Shown: piece after piece, positions 42,442 through 54,934 of the stretch
Layout: every line of letters starts with the position of its first letter
Position numbering within the stretch: position 1 is the stretch's first letter
DNA from: Bigelowiella natans CCMP2755
Lineage: Eukaryota; Protista; Cercozoa
Direction: 5' to 3'
Assembly: GCA_000320545.1 (NCBI GenBank)
Contig: ADNK01001129.1
Span: 1 to 64,000 of the forward strand
DNA: 64,000 bases
Notes under the pieces: generated by a model
Databases searched by the model: none
What the model saw: only the letters and a program-made list of their open reading frames with translations
What the model was told of the DNA's origin: nothing
Program-made: the position numbers and the translations under genes

Positions 42442-44055
42442 TCATGAGGGTAGCAAGAAAACTAGCGGCTGACAATGAGCCAGAGAGCCTCCAACCGAGT
42501 CGTCTTTACTAGAACCGCACAAAACTCCATGAAGAAAGGAGCTATGAGACACCACAGCTACCTTTTCTGCCGCCATTGTTCTAATAATTTTCAGAAATCT
42601 GACAATCACAAGAGTTACATTGAAAATTTGAATTGATCACTCGCAAGTAAATCGGAAAAAACGATGCTTAAAATGACCTGTCCACCCTGGCTTTCAAGTC
42701 GTGCCTGCTTTCTCCTCTTCCTTTGGATTTTTTGAATGCGTTTTCCCACATCTCATCTGTCTCAGTGTCACTCGGATTTTCTTGTTTGTTCCTACTCACA
42801 TCATGTATTGGGTAAGTCAGTATTCTCTGGAATGCACCAAGCAGGTTTAAAATGCTGAATGCATAGTGGCGGACTTTTCATGATGATCCTCCAGAGATTT
42901 GAAATCTATGTGCGGGAACTGCTGCTTCATCTCATCGATACTAACGTCAATTTTGTTCGCATAGTGGCGACCTAATCAAGTAATGGGATTACTTTGAGTT
43001 GTTCCTCCGACAATCACGGTACATCAAAGGCATGGTAGCTGTCATCGAAAGGAAGATTAAGATACGATGCGTTTTCTTATGCTAGAGCCCATTTTTAGAA
43101 TACCTTGAGGGAATTCTTTTACCTACAGAGAGATTTAAAAGAGTGTAAGGATCAACAGGATGTAATTTACTTAGATTTATAGGTTAAAATATGAAGGAAA
43201 TTTACAATTTCGAGTGCGACGATGTCTATTTTCCTCTTGGTACTGCGATTAATCTGGTATGGAATCTTATCAGGATTGCTGCATCGAAGGAAGGGATGAA
43301 TGATAGATGTTGCGTACTCACCAACGGCTTTGTTCCAAATATCTCGGTACATGTTTGCAGTGTCCTTAATAACGGCGACACAATGATCTGCATGCAAGAA
43401 TTCGTGGTGATCGAGATTGGATCTAAGAGTTCAATCTTTCTAAGAGTTTAATATCGCCACATTTGTTTTACCCACCAAATCGAGATCCCATACGGTGCCA
43501 TATTGCTTGCCTGAAGCGTCTTTGAACGGCTCTCCATCCTCGAAGAGCTTTTTCCCCAGTGTAGTGGCCTTACAATTCAAGTAACATTGCAACAAAGAGT
43601 GAAAAACACGGATTGGTAGCTTTATCTGTTGCAGTCTTTACTTCTTCTACTCCTTTCTGTGTTAAGGGAGTATTGGTGGAAGAAATAGGAAATCCCATGG
43701 AGACGGCATCCTGATTAACAGATGTTAAGGAAATGAGGGATCCATCTATCTACTCGACGCTATTGACAAAACGCACGTACACGCGAACAACCTTCTGTGA
43801 CAGCCATTCTTCCCACAACTTATGTGCAGTATTTGGCTTGTCTTTTAGCAATTTCAGCAGGTACTCATTGTGTACAGCTGTTCCGTGTCTGATGAGAAAC
43901 AAGCACTTTGTTTTGGCTACACAATTGGCCTTTGTTTCATCGCGTTGAACCCTCCCTTCTTTGGCGATGGGTTTTGACGAAGTGGGGTTCTCAGCTGTGG
44001 TATCCTTCTTACTTTGATCTTTCGATTCATGGAGTGGGCCTGCGCCACCTTCCAT
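42442..44055 (-). CDS. histidine phosphatase / phosphoglycerate mutase-like protein
   Basis: LFLIRHGTAVHN (RHG motif), TPLTQKGVEE, IIVSPLLRTLQT, GESRHDLKARVDRF, AVVSHSSFL; stop at 42442-42444. Confidence 0.9.
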
Positions 44056-44391
44056 CTCGACAGACTTAGGGTTGCCCTCCCCTAACTGATCCGGATATGT
44101 TTTCGGAGGGCTGCAACAATGAATGTTATTTTGTTAGGAGAGAGCGGCTGGCACTACCCAAATCAACATAAATTAACCAATCAGGCGATGACGCATAGGT
44201 TGTTTTGAAGGGGGGTTTTATCATAAAAATCCTATGGTATTTTTACGTAAAATGGGCTGTAGTTGTTGTCGTAAGTGTTTATTGGCTCAGCCACAGGCTC
44301 CCGGATTCCGGCGGCGCGCTGGAGCAAGAGTCGGTCGGCGTCCCCGCCGAGTAATCGCCCGAATAAGTTTCACCCTGACGAGGAGGAGGGC
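44056..44391. promoter_or_regulatory. putative bidirectional promoter with CCAAT boxes
   Basis: 336 bp between divergent ATGs. CCAATCA at about 44178 and ATTGG at 44281 are in opposite orientations. Confidence 0.4.
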
Positions 44392-46615
44392 ATGGAGGGA
44401 CATGAAATTAGAGGGAGTGTGGATGGATCTAAGATGAGTAAGGGTGGGGAGCTTGGAGGGGATGATGCCTCGTTGAGCAGTGACAGCCGCAAAAGGCCAT
44501 TAGAGAAGGAAGCTTCGGGTGCAAGAGGTAGGCCCGTGAAAACAATGCGAACACTCTCGATTATGATACCATTAACCCACTGCCTTGTGTAACCATAGTT
44601 GCGGCAGTGTCGTCCAGCGATGCTGCAGATCAGGAAGAGAAAGGGAGCGAGTCAGGTTCGGCAGCCAAGCGCCCTAAGTTTGACCCTGAGAAAGGCCCAG
44701 AATTCACCCGAGAGAAGGTGATTTGGACGATCAACGGATCATGCTATTCACCAACCCTAAGGGCATAGACAGTTACACCACATACATGCGTTAGGTTACC
44801 CTGAGCGAGATATTTTGCGACAAGGACGTCAAGGTCGATGTAGTAGTTGTCCTTAGTGTAGCTTCAATTAGTATAGCCCGATCGCCATGAGCCCCCCCCT
44901 TCCCCTCAAAAATTAACCCACCGATGCAACGAACCAGATATCCAAGTGTAAGCTCGAGGCAACTGGAACGAAAGGGTCCTTCACAAATTTCCGATAATTC
45001 ACTTATCTTTCGATGCTCACAATTACTATTGCGCGCCATCTCTGATTTTCAGGTACAGCACCGTTTTCGGAACACACACGATGCCGCCAGGAACGTACTA
45101 CTACGAAATAAAAGTGGGAGGCACTGGTCACGTTAGGGTTGGATGGGCGACAAGCTCCACTTCATTGCAAGCACCTTGGTACGTCACTCGAACGATACAA
45201 TCAAACCTCTCACCCCTGTCCCACCTTGAGTGTCGTCTGTGAGCGTGTTCTACTTGGGGTGGCTTGAAAATATAGCGATCAAACCTCTTCCCCTCTCTCC
45301 CTCTTTCCCCCTTCTGCTCTTGCGTGTCTGTACGTGCGAGGTGTTCCAAATGATTTATGTTGATTTTCCATCATGATCTTTTTGTTGTTGTTTCTACCTG
45401 CTCCTGCTGCCACCGAAGTGGGTTCGATCACTTCGGCTACTCATATGGAAGTCGCCGTGGTTGCAAGTTCCACGTGAAGGTACGCCAGAATTAACTCTCA
45501 ACAAGAATCTCACATGTTGTTGCTGTTGTCGTCGAACGTAGAAACGATGACATACGATTAGCTAATAGCATCTCAATTTTCGGGTTTCTCTATTCATTTT
45601 TCGAGTGATAGTCCCTGCTGTTGCAACAGCTCGGAACACCGTCTTGTTTATTACTGTATTTGTGCTTTTTCCTGCCGCATTTCTCCCTTTGCCATTCCCC
45701 TACTGCTGCTGATGACGCTGTGTATAAATAACTTGTGGTGCAAAATGTAGACGATTAAGTATGGCGAGCCGTTTGGAGCCGGGGATGTGATCGGGGCACT
45801 AATCAGCCTTCCTGGAAAACGAAGGAAAAAGAGCTTCAGCAAAGGGGGAGGAAACAAGGCAAGGCCAATACACAGATGCCGAAAATGATGATGATGGTGA
45901 TGATGATGATGGTGATGATGATGATATCCATGGTGACGGTGGTTGTGATATTTACCGATGGAATGGCGGTGTTTCTGAGGCAATGAAATCATTTTGTGCG
46001 GCATGCGTTGCTGGTGCTGCTGCTATCATCCGACCCACCGCTCAGTTCTTGAAGGAAAAGACTTCTAGCACGAAGATCGAGTTTTTCAAAAATGGAAAGT
46101 CTCAGGTAAATAAACGGTAGCAGCAGCAGAAGCAGCAGTAGCAAATCATGCAGAACAAGTCAACGTCCTCCCCATCCTCTCCAATGTCATTTTTGAGCTC
46201 ACCGAATCTCGGAGTCAGTCGGTGCTGCTGCCATTTGTCGCTTCTTGCCGCGCACCGCCATCAAACCAAAGAAATCCAGTGTATGCATTATTTATGTGTG
46301 TGATGATGTGGTACATGCCTGTAATTGATCCATCTGCTCATCTTGTCCTTATTACATATCTACCCATTCGTTTTATCTTTCTATTGCGTCGTATCCCTGT
46401 GCCTTCCTCCCCCTTCTTCTTCTTCTTCTTCTTCTTCTTCTCGTTCTGTATCATCTTGTTCTCATACATCCTCTCCCAGGGCGTGGCGTTTCCAAGCGCA
46501 CGCACTGGTGACTACTACCCCGCTGCATCATTATACAAGGAAGCTACGGTACTAATGTCGCTATAAAACAACAACATCACGATGTTCCGTCCGGGGACAG
46601 CCTCATGCAAAAGAT

Positions 46616-46655
<40 letters not shown>

Positions 46656-46782
46656 ATTTATTCTCTCGGCTGCCCTGTCGGGCTAACAGTGTTTTGACAT
46701 TTTATTCTGATGAAAGGTCAAGTTTAACTTCGGCCCGAATTTCCAATATCCCCTGTCTTCATCTTCTGCTAGCGGCGAATAG
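44392..46782 (+). CDS. ASH2/Bre2/TRAUCO-like SPRY-domain protein (COMPASS subunit-like)
   Basis: GTYYYEIKV...GHVRVGWAT...QAP..FDHFGYSYGSRRGCKFH...YGEPFGAGDVIGALISLP...IEFFKNGKSQGVAF...YYPAASLYKEATVKFNFGPNFQYP parallels the ASH2L SPRY domain. Confidence 0.8.
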
Positions 46783-47270
46783 TGAGAACAACCATTCCAC
46801 CGCACGTCGTCGTCTTCGTCTTCGTCAATCAATTGATTAGTAGAAACGGGGAGAGGAAGGGAAAAAAGGGGGGGGGGGGGGAGATTTAGAGTATTTATAG
46901 CTTCTATTTTTATGGATAATTGTCCGAAAAAGCAACGAGCTAATTAGCTTTGCTTCAACATACTATTTAAACCCAATGATTGGCCCGCTGTCGTTTCCCA
47001 AAGTGGGGATGTCTTTGGCGTGTTCGAAGCTCCGGAGGCTGTTCCAATCATCACGAGAAGATCAACGCGTGAGAGGAAAGAGATTCAGCGGACAGGGTTG
47101 TTGTTAGCGTGTTGCTTAAATACTACGTCTGCTACGAACAAAAAGAAGAAACGCACGATACTGTTTGTTCTGGCTTGGATTAATTTCACGAAGAAAATAC
47201 TCGAGTAGCAAAAGGAAGTACTACTCGTCGCACCATCCATTGCAATGATTTCCCTCATCAATACTTCCGA

Positions 47271-49502
47271 ATGCAACCTCCCTCATCATCATCATCATCA
47301 TCAATTACTAGTGATCTCATCTTGGACGAGGCTTTGATGTATGCTCCTGGAATGGGGCCATTCGCTAGTGAATTTAGCGTAATTGAAGATACTGGCGATT
47401 ACGACAAAGGCCAAGTCTTTCCACACAAACTGCCCTCGCAAGGTGCGGATTAGTCTGAGGAGTGAGGAGAGTTTTATCATTTCATATAAATATGAGTTGT
47501 GGTATACTGAGAACACCGATGATTTTTGTTCCGCGGGGTTTGGCCCCAGCCGATTAGTCTTCAGCACAAAGATCATCGGATGTATTTCTACTGATGATCT
47601 CGAAGTATCATTTGGTAGATTTCCTCCAATGGTTTTTACTAGTGATTGGACGGTATATCCGTTGAATTCATTTTGTGATGGGACAAATGTGACGGAGCCC
47701 TTAGTCAGTGTATGATATCGTACTTGCTCACGCTTCCTCATTCCCCCCCCCCCTCCCTCTCATGTAGCCTCTCCACCGAAGAACATCGACATTTCTGTGA
47801 CGAAGTGGGGGAGGAAATACAAACACCTAGTGTCAAAATGGACGGATGAGGATGCCCCCCCATGGCTGCCGATCGAAGTAAGTCTCCAGTCAATGAGGCC
47901 GAATATCCTATCACAATCAAAGTGGAAGCATCATCCTATTTGCGTGTGTGTGTGTATGTGTGTGTATGTGTGTGTGTGTGTGCGTATAGTAGTAGTAGTA
48001 ATAATAGTAATAATGATAATAGAGAGGATGGAAGTTCTGCACAGTCAAGACTGCTAACGGAGTAGATATGGTCAAGACGGAACGGTAGTAGTGATATATC
48101 AGAGATGTAAATTCGTTTCTGTCTCTCTGCTCCGTCGCATCATGCACAGAGCGTGTTGCAAGAACATAAATTAAATGAATTGATACATTTGTCGTGCCGT
48201 GTCGTGCAGGGCCGCTTTGGCAAACGCTTCTTTTTTCCTGATTATTTCTGGTTTTTACTACTCTCTTCAGCTACTATCTCACCCCTGAGGGTGTCGTATG
48301 CTCTTCTTTCCAGCAAGGTATTGGGAAAAGGGAGGCGTTGGGGGGGAGTGGATGTTGATTTGTGAAACGCGACATAGCCCTTTACCGCTACTGGCAAACG
48401 ATTTGATTCAATAGCACGGAAATATATCTCTGAGGAGGAAGAGAATGCTAATAAGAAAGGCGGCAAAAGGTGTTGATGCGGTGCTGATAGTGCGTGTCTG
48501 CATGGTATGCATGTTTGTGCATGTATATGTGGCCACGTTCTTGGTTAGTCCTCGATGCTCGTTCACAATAGTCATATGATTCACGAAACATGCTGTCATT
48601 TGACATCATAAAGCGCCAAGTTTCGACCTTGGATGAACAAGCGAGAGGACCTGGCAAAGCAAAATGTGGAGAGGTAGTAGTAGTAGTAGTATTGGTAGAA
48701 GAAGTAGTAGCAGTGGTAGTTGCGTTGTTGGATGTGGTGATTGCGACATGCACACCACTAGCTGCTGCAGAGAAGGTTTTTTTTTAATAGCAGTAGCGAC
48801 CGTAGAATGCCAACTAGAATCAGCAGCAGAGTGCGTTACAGCGTGAGAGTAATAACACGGAAACACATGCACACTAGTGGGCAATCGGAGGCCACTCACC
48901 GCCACCACACGAAGTCGCTGCATATAGACTAAGAACCACTACATATATTCTCTGATGATGCAGAGCCAAGATCGCTAGTCTGACTTCGTCCTCGAAGTAC
49001 CAGAATAAGGTAGTGGAAAGGAGGAGTCAGCGTCGCTACATGAATCAGTACGACAAGAGCGTAGTTCAGAAGCGCTACTGGCTGGTGTTCAATCACATTC
49101 GATCGCAGCGGCAGTGCCACTGCATTCCCCTGGTGGAGATCAATAGTGGGGGTGGCACTTCGTTGGAGAAATCGTCATCATCATCGTCGTCGTCGTCGAG
49201 CAAGAAAAAGAAGGGGCGCAGACGCTTCAAGGCGAACCCAGATAAGTCTCAGGTCGGCACGAGTTGTCAGAATTAGTGCAAAGTCGCGATCGTCGTGGCA
49301 GCAGTTCGTTTGCTGTTGTTTTTGTCCAAGTTTCAAAAGTTTCTTGATATCTCTCCCCTCTCCCCTCCCCCCTCCCTCCCTCTTCATTTGCGTTACCTTC
49401 CAGGAGATATTCATGTCTGAGGAAAAATTGAGGGTAGTAGATGCAACAGTTGTTAAACACTCCGTCGATGTCAATAAGGAAGTTTGGGATATCAAGAATT
49501 AA
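47271..49502 (+). CDS. multi-exon hypothetical protein with conserved C-terminal YW.V...C...P / GR.R / E.WDI module
   Basis: MQPPSS... start. Exons include YWLVFNHIRSQRQCHCIPLVE...GRRRFKANPDKSQ|EIFMSEEKLRVVDATVVKHSVDVNKEVWDIKN*. Confidence 0.6.
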
Positions 49503-49724
49503 CGAGCACGCTGTGCATACGTGAGTTGTTGATCTTCGTGCCATTTTTTGTGGCACTGCCAGAACTTCTGAAGTTAATAGTTCTCGTTCCTGCAGATAAT
49601 ACTTATTTATCATCATTTATTTATCATCATTGCTGGTATCATTATCAATACAGCCATCATCAATTATCGTCCTGTGTTGGCCTGAATGTGCAGTGTGTGT
49701 GTAGAGCTATCTAGCTATATATGT

Positions 49725-49775
<51 letters not shown>

Positions 49776-49782
<7 letters not shown>

Positions 49783-50119
49783 CGGATGTAATGAAATGTT
49801 TAAATTTTTTCAATTGTCAACCTAATGTAGCTATGCAATGCAGCGGCTACAGCGCTTAAGTTGTGTCTATTTGTTTATATATACATATATAATATTGTAA
49901 TGAACTCTTAGCATCACTGTTTAATGCGCACCTTCGATCTGCATGCTCCACTACATATAATATATGCTAGTATGGCACGCCGCTCTGCATTTACATGCAT
50001 GAAAAACATATCACAACAAAAACGAATGTGTACAATTTAGGGTTGTGGCTGCTGCTTTGCATGGCTACATTAGTATGATTATTAATAAAATTTAATTAAA
50101 TCCTTACATCCGCCTCATA
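49776..50119. mobile_element. complete MITE (~345 bp) with ~80-bp TIRs, inserted in a (TA)n tract
   Basis: Left TATGAGACGGATGTAA...AATGTAGCTATGCAATGCAGCGGCTACAGC. Right GTTGTGGCTGCTGCTTTGCATGGCTACATTAG...TTACATCCGCCTCATA. TA runs on both sides; no coding capacity. Confidence 0.85.
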
Positions 50120-50496
50120 TATACAGCATCGTAGCCCAATAGAGATGTACATTATATACTTGGCGCGCTAGCGCGCGCAGTAAGAACCGTCGCAACGTGC
50201 CAGTACAAGCGACAATTTTTGTTATTATCCTAGATCGCATGTATGGAATGTATTTTCCATTTCCTATGCTAGCATTAAATATGATAGCTGTTAATTAACA
50301 CTTACAGAGGATATAGCACTCAAAATATAGATCACAGCAGCAATCAATGGCACGATTTTACACCTTCGCTGCAAACTTTTCGATTGATTTCTTATTCTTA
50401 TAGTAACGTTCATTAGGATGCTACGCCGATAGAGAAGTAGCATCGCGCACTTGCGATGCCAATGGATCTACGGAGTTGTACCACGCGAAGGCCACA

Positions 50497-50603
50497 TTAT
50501 ACAGATTCAGATCCTGCAGGCACGTATGTACACGTCATATGCAAAAAGGATGATGAAATGGAAACATAGCTTTAATATCCTTACTTAATGTGTTATACCC
50601 GCT

Positions 50604-50640
<37 letters not shown>

Positions 50641-51789
50641 ACATGCCCATACCTCTAGCGATTCCTTCATTAAGAGATGTTCGATCCCTTCGTGGACCTT
50701 AAATAGATCACAATATTATGTATGTATGTGCGTCTGTGTGTGTGTGTGTGTGGGTGTTTGTGTGCTCTAGAAAGAGATAAATAGAGCAGAGAGAGAGAAG
50801 GGGGGGGGAGAAGGGGAAGAGGTATTTGAAGCGTATTTTTAATACCACACTGGTGGTTCCTTCCACCAAGCCCTCGATTTCCTGCAATACCCGTATAAAT
50901 CAGCTTCTACAACACACACGTAGTATGTGTGAATCTCATGTTGTTTCAAAATATGTAAATCTAGTTATCGGCTTCTTTATCTACCTGGAGTTGGTCCACA
51001 GGCACCCATAGCAGCGCGTCTACATCTTCCTGCGCGACAACCTGGTTGCAATGCATAAAAGATGGTGAATCATGATCATCGAGCGAGTAACTCGGTGTAT
51101 CTCAACATCAATCGGCTCTAATCATAAATGTTTGATGACCTTTGGTTCGTTTGAAACAGTCGCTGCGGTGTGAACGATTACATAGTGGAACTCGATCTTG
51201 CTGTCTTCGTCAAGATGAATCTGCTCGATGGGAGAGGGGACGAAGAAAGCAATTCAATACGCGACCAATTCGTCGTGACACCATATCTTATCTCAGACCG
51301 AATCTGTGGTTGAAAAGGCTCGAGTCGGTGATATGTCCAACGTTGTCTCCTCCTTGATCTCCCTTGCAATGGCCGCTTGAACAGTTTCGCCAAGCTCCAG
51401 GCTTCCGCCAGGCAAAGTCCTAAAATTCATCACGAGCAAGGAGACATTCGGTGATGCCTTTCACATCCAGTCTTCTATCTTGCATCGTGCACGGTGTGTG
51501 GATATTGTATTATTCTTGCAAAGTTAGGATCGACAACCAGCAGCCTTTAGACGGAGCTTTGCCACGCTTTGCCAGAAGTACCCTATGTGATGACAACACG
51601 TGCTCGAGCGTCATTCGTCACTTAAAATAAAATGATCACGAGTTACGATGGTGCTGTAGAGCCCTCCACGCATGAGAAGATTGCCGCAGACACACCGACC
51701 CGAGGGTTTTCCGGATATCGCCTGGAAGTTGAAAAAACTGCCGATCGACGTGCCACGGGGGGGGCGAGGGAGCGCAGACGTGACCGCAT
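50497..51789 (-). CDS. Nudix hydrolase (ADP-ribose pyrophosphatase/MutT-like)
   Basis: MR|RYPENPRVGVSAAIF...VLLAKRGKAPSKGCW|TLPGGSLELGETVQAAIAREIKEETTL (Nudix box)...IHLDEDSKIEFHYVIVH...VVAQEDVDALLWV. Not visible in the ORF track because the exons are short. Confidence 0.9.
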
Positions 51790-52202
51790 TGGTGTCCACG
51801 TTCACGTTTGAATTCTGACTTAGAAATTATTTAACACCAAGAACTTCAGCAGATGCTGTCTCTCCCGTATTTCTGAAAATGATCAGAATTGAGATTCTCT
51901 TCCTCGCACAGAGTAGAGATCGACTGACGATGTTTTCACCTGGAACAATAGTCTGAATTATGTATGGCTCCTCAGCGATAGTTTCGACGCAACTTGACTT
52001 CGAAACCACTGAAAATACAATCCATTTTTTTTTATTTTTTATATTATAATGTTGTCGCTACACTAAAATTAACTTTAATGTTTTCCAGAATGTCGCTGAT
52101 TGGACTGGAAAAGCGGAGAGATAATCTTCTGGAATATCACCTCATATCCTCATAACCCCTCCCCCCAAAACCTTCATCTACGGAAGATACGGGAGACTTT
52201 CG

Positions 52203-53763
52203 ATGACCTCGATGCTCCCGTTCTTGCACACCGACTTTCCGAAGTGGTTTGAAGCAAATCAGCAATTTTTTGTTCCCCCCATCTGCAACAAGCTACTTCA
52301 TGGGGGGCAGCTCAAGATCATGTTTTGTGGAGGGAAAAAGGTTCGTTTGACTCGTTGCTTCGGCCGGCTTTCGTCCCCTCTTCTTCAATGTGATGGAAAT
52401 GTATCTGTTCTGCATATAAAAGGCAAATGAGAGGGGAGACTATCATATTGAGGATGGCGAGGAATTCTTCTACATGCTCAAAGGCTCAATGATTCTGAAG
52501 GTGGTGTGTTCGGATAAAACAGGGCACATGCAAGGGGGGGGGGAAATGAAAGAGGAATTCGTTTTTGTTGTGTTGATGCAAAAGAAGACTAGTTTCCATA
52601 GACAAAACTGTAATCACATCCTCGGAATTTAGGTGTTGGAGAACGGCAAACACCGTAACATCGAGATCAAAGAGGGCGAGAGCTTCCTTCTTCCAGCCCA
52701 TGTCCCTCACTCGCCACAGGTCCGTCCTTTACGGATGCATAGATTTAGGATTTACGAGAAGTCCTCATCAAACATATTTCACTCTAGATCTACCGAGTTG
52801 CGCTGATCTCTTTTCCATTTTGCCTCATTTTTACCATATCGGTTATCACATACTTTTTCCTTCTTTAGAGGCTCCCTGATTCACTCGGTCTCGTCATCGA
52901 AAGAGAGCGGCTGTCAGGGGAGGTCGATGCGATGCAATGGTTAGTGTCCTTTTGATCTGGACCATCAAAGCTTCATCCTCTTTCCCCGCCAGTTCTAACC
53001 TCCATTTACCGCAGGTTTGTACCAGGGAGCACCGACGTCCTCTGGAGACGTACATTTGTGTGCACGGATCTTGGGAAGGACCTAGTGCCGATAGTCAAGG
53101 CTTTCAAGGCGTCGGAGGAGGCGAAGACAAGCAAGGCCAGGGGGAAAGAAGCTACAGGGAAGGATGGATTGCTCGCCATTATGCCGTTGAAATCACCGAT
53201 TGACAGCAAAATCAAACTTGTGGCCCCTAGGGTCGCCCCCATCCCCCCCCCCCCCCCTCCTTGTCCCTCTTACCTCAATTCTAAAACACAGCTCAAACGA
53301 GTGCAACAAACATTGCCAGCGTTTCCCTCATCAATGCTCGAAACTTTCGAAGTATTAACATTTTGTCGTGTACGCACTAGGTATTGGAAGATTTGGCGGC
53401 CGAAAAGCAGAAAGAGCAGAAGAATGCGTTCTTCGATCTCTATAAGGTTTGCACATGACACCGATTTCCATTCCTCCCAAAACATATGGTCATCATCATT
53501 TTTGAATTAAAACACCATTCACCGTCTGAGCAATCACAGATAACTAAGTAGCGCATCTATTGCAACCACAACATTAGGGCGCCGATTTCCTCGTTCGTGG
53601 GGGGATTGGCAAGGACAGTAGTACCGGCGAGATCTGCCACGCGAGTGAAGCTTACTATTATCTCCTCAAAGGCACCGCGACTTTAGAGGCCACCAAGTCT
53701 AATGCGAACGTAGTCATATATTCCTTACTTTTGTGCACATATCTTTGTGTTATATGTATCTTC

Positions 53764-53803
<40 letters not shown>

Positions 53804-54280
53804 TATGTGTGCGTACGTGAGAGAGAAGGGGAGGGGGGTGGGGAGAGTGGTTTGTGAATTATTTGAAACCCTTTTTCCCTCCAGCAATGAGACAGTGTGA
53901 GAGGACGATGACGATGACGATGACGATAATCATACACCACCAGGTAAAGATGACTGAGCAATCGATGGTATTGGTGGAGCCTAAGGTACAGTTTCTCCAT
54001 CTGTAGAACAACAGGAGAATGTGCATGTGCGTGTAAGGGGAGACATAGAGCCACACTGTCATATCAGCATATACATAGTCATATTGAACAGGTCTCGCAT
54101 AAGCTAGAACTGACGTCTCCTGACTCATTTGTGCTCATGGTGAGCTGGCCGTCTACCCGGAAAGAAGATGATGATTCAGGCTCCATACAGTTGCCCCCCC
54201 ATGACTCTGTTCCGGAATTAAGTCGATATAGCAGCTATGCGAACGCGGAGCTCAGAAGTTCGGACTTCGAGCACAGCTAA
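52203..54280 (+). CDS. HAAO: 3-hydroxyanthranilate 3,4-dioxygenase (kynurenine pathway)
   Basis: [55 protein letters not shown]...[32 protein letters not shown]...CTDLGKDL, plus a second cupin-like C-terminal domain. Confidence 0.95.
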
Positions 54281-54479
54281 ATAGGTACACGAGACATTGA
54301 AGACAACCTACGTGTGAGATTTGTGTTATAGCTAGGCAGCGGGCAGTGTGCTGAAGGTGTACATCGATCTTGCTACCTTGCTGCTGGTTAAGCATTGCAT
54401 TTGGAGCTTGCTGCTCAGCACGAAGTTCTTTATAGCTAGATAGTGTATGTTTGTTACGTTGTTCATCATTGTGCATATC

Positions 54480-54785
54480 ACAGCTAGACAGCTGCATCTA
54501 GCTTGCTAGTAGCTAGGCATGCTAGCATGTGGCGGCCGTCCAAATGTGCACATCTTGACATGCTAGCATGCATGTGTTCGTTGTTGAAGTGGTGCTCTAA
54601 AACCCCGCCACTCGATGAACATAATGCGAAGCATGCTAGCTAGCTAGATGGCTAGATGGTTTTACTATAGTCTAGTAGTGTTCTAGCTAGCTAGTATTGT
54701 GTGTTTCCTGCCGCAACACTGCTAGACTGCTAGACTGGCAAGCTAGCACATCTGTGCAGGCTAGCTAGCTAGCAGGCTAGCAGGG
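54480..54785. repeat. CTAG/GCTAGC/GCATGC-rich low-complexity tract
   Basis: Roughly 20 CTAG tetramers in about 300 bp, many in tandem (GCTAGCTAGCTAG). Confidence 0.8.
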
Positions 54786-54934
54786 GGCGGGGACATGGAG
54801 AAGTCGGAGGAGGAGGACGCATTGCAACAACACGCTCATCATCAACTTGGCGTTGCATCGCACCATATTCTAGCATTCTATAGCATTGCCAGATTGCTTC
54901 TGCAGATGGCTGTTGACCGATTTCGACATTCGTG

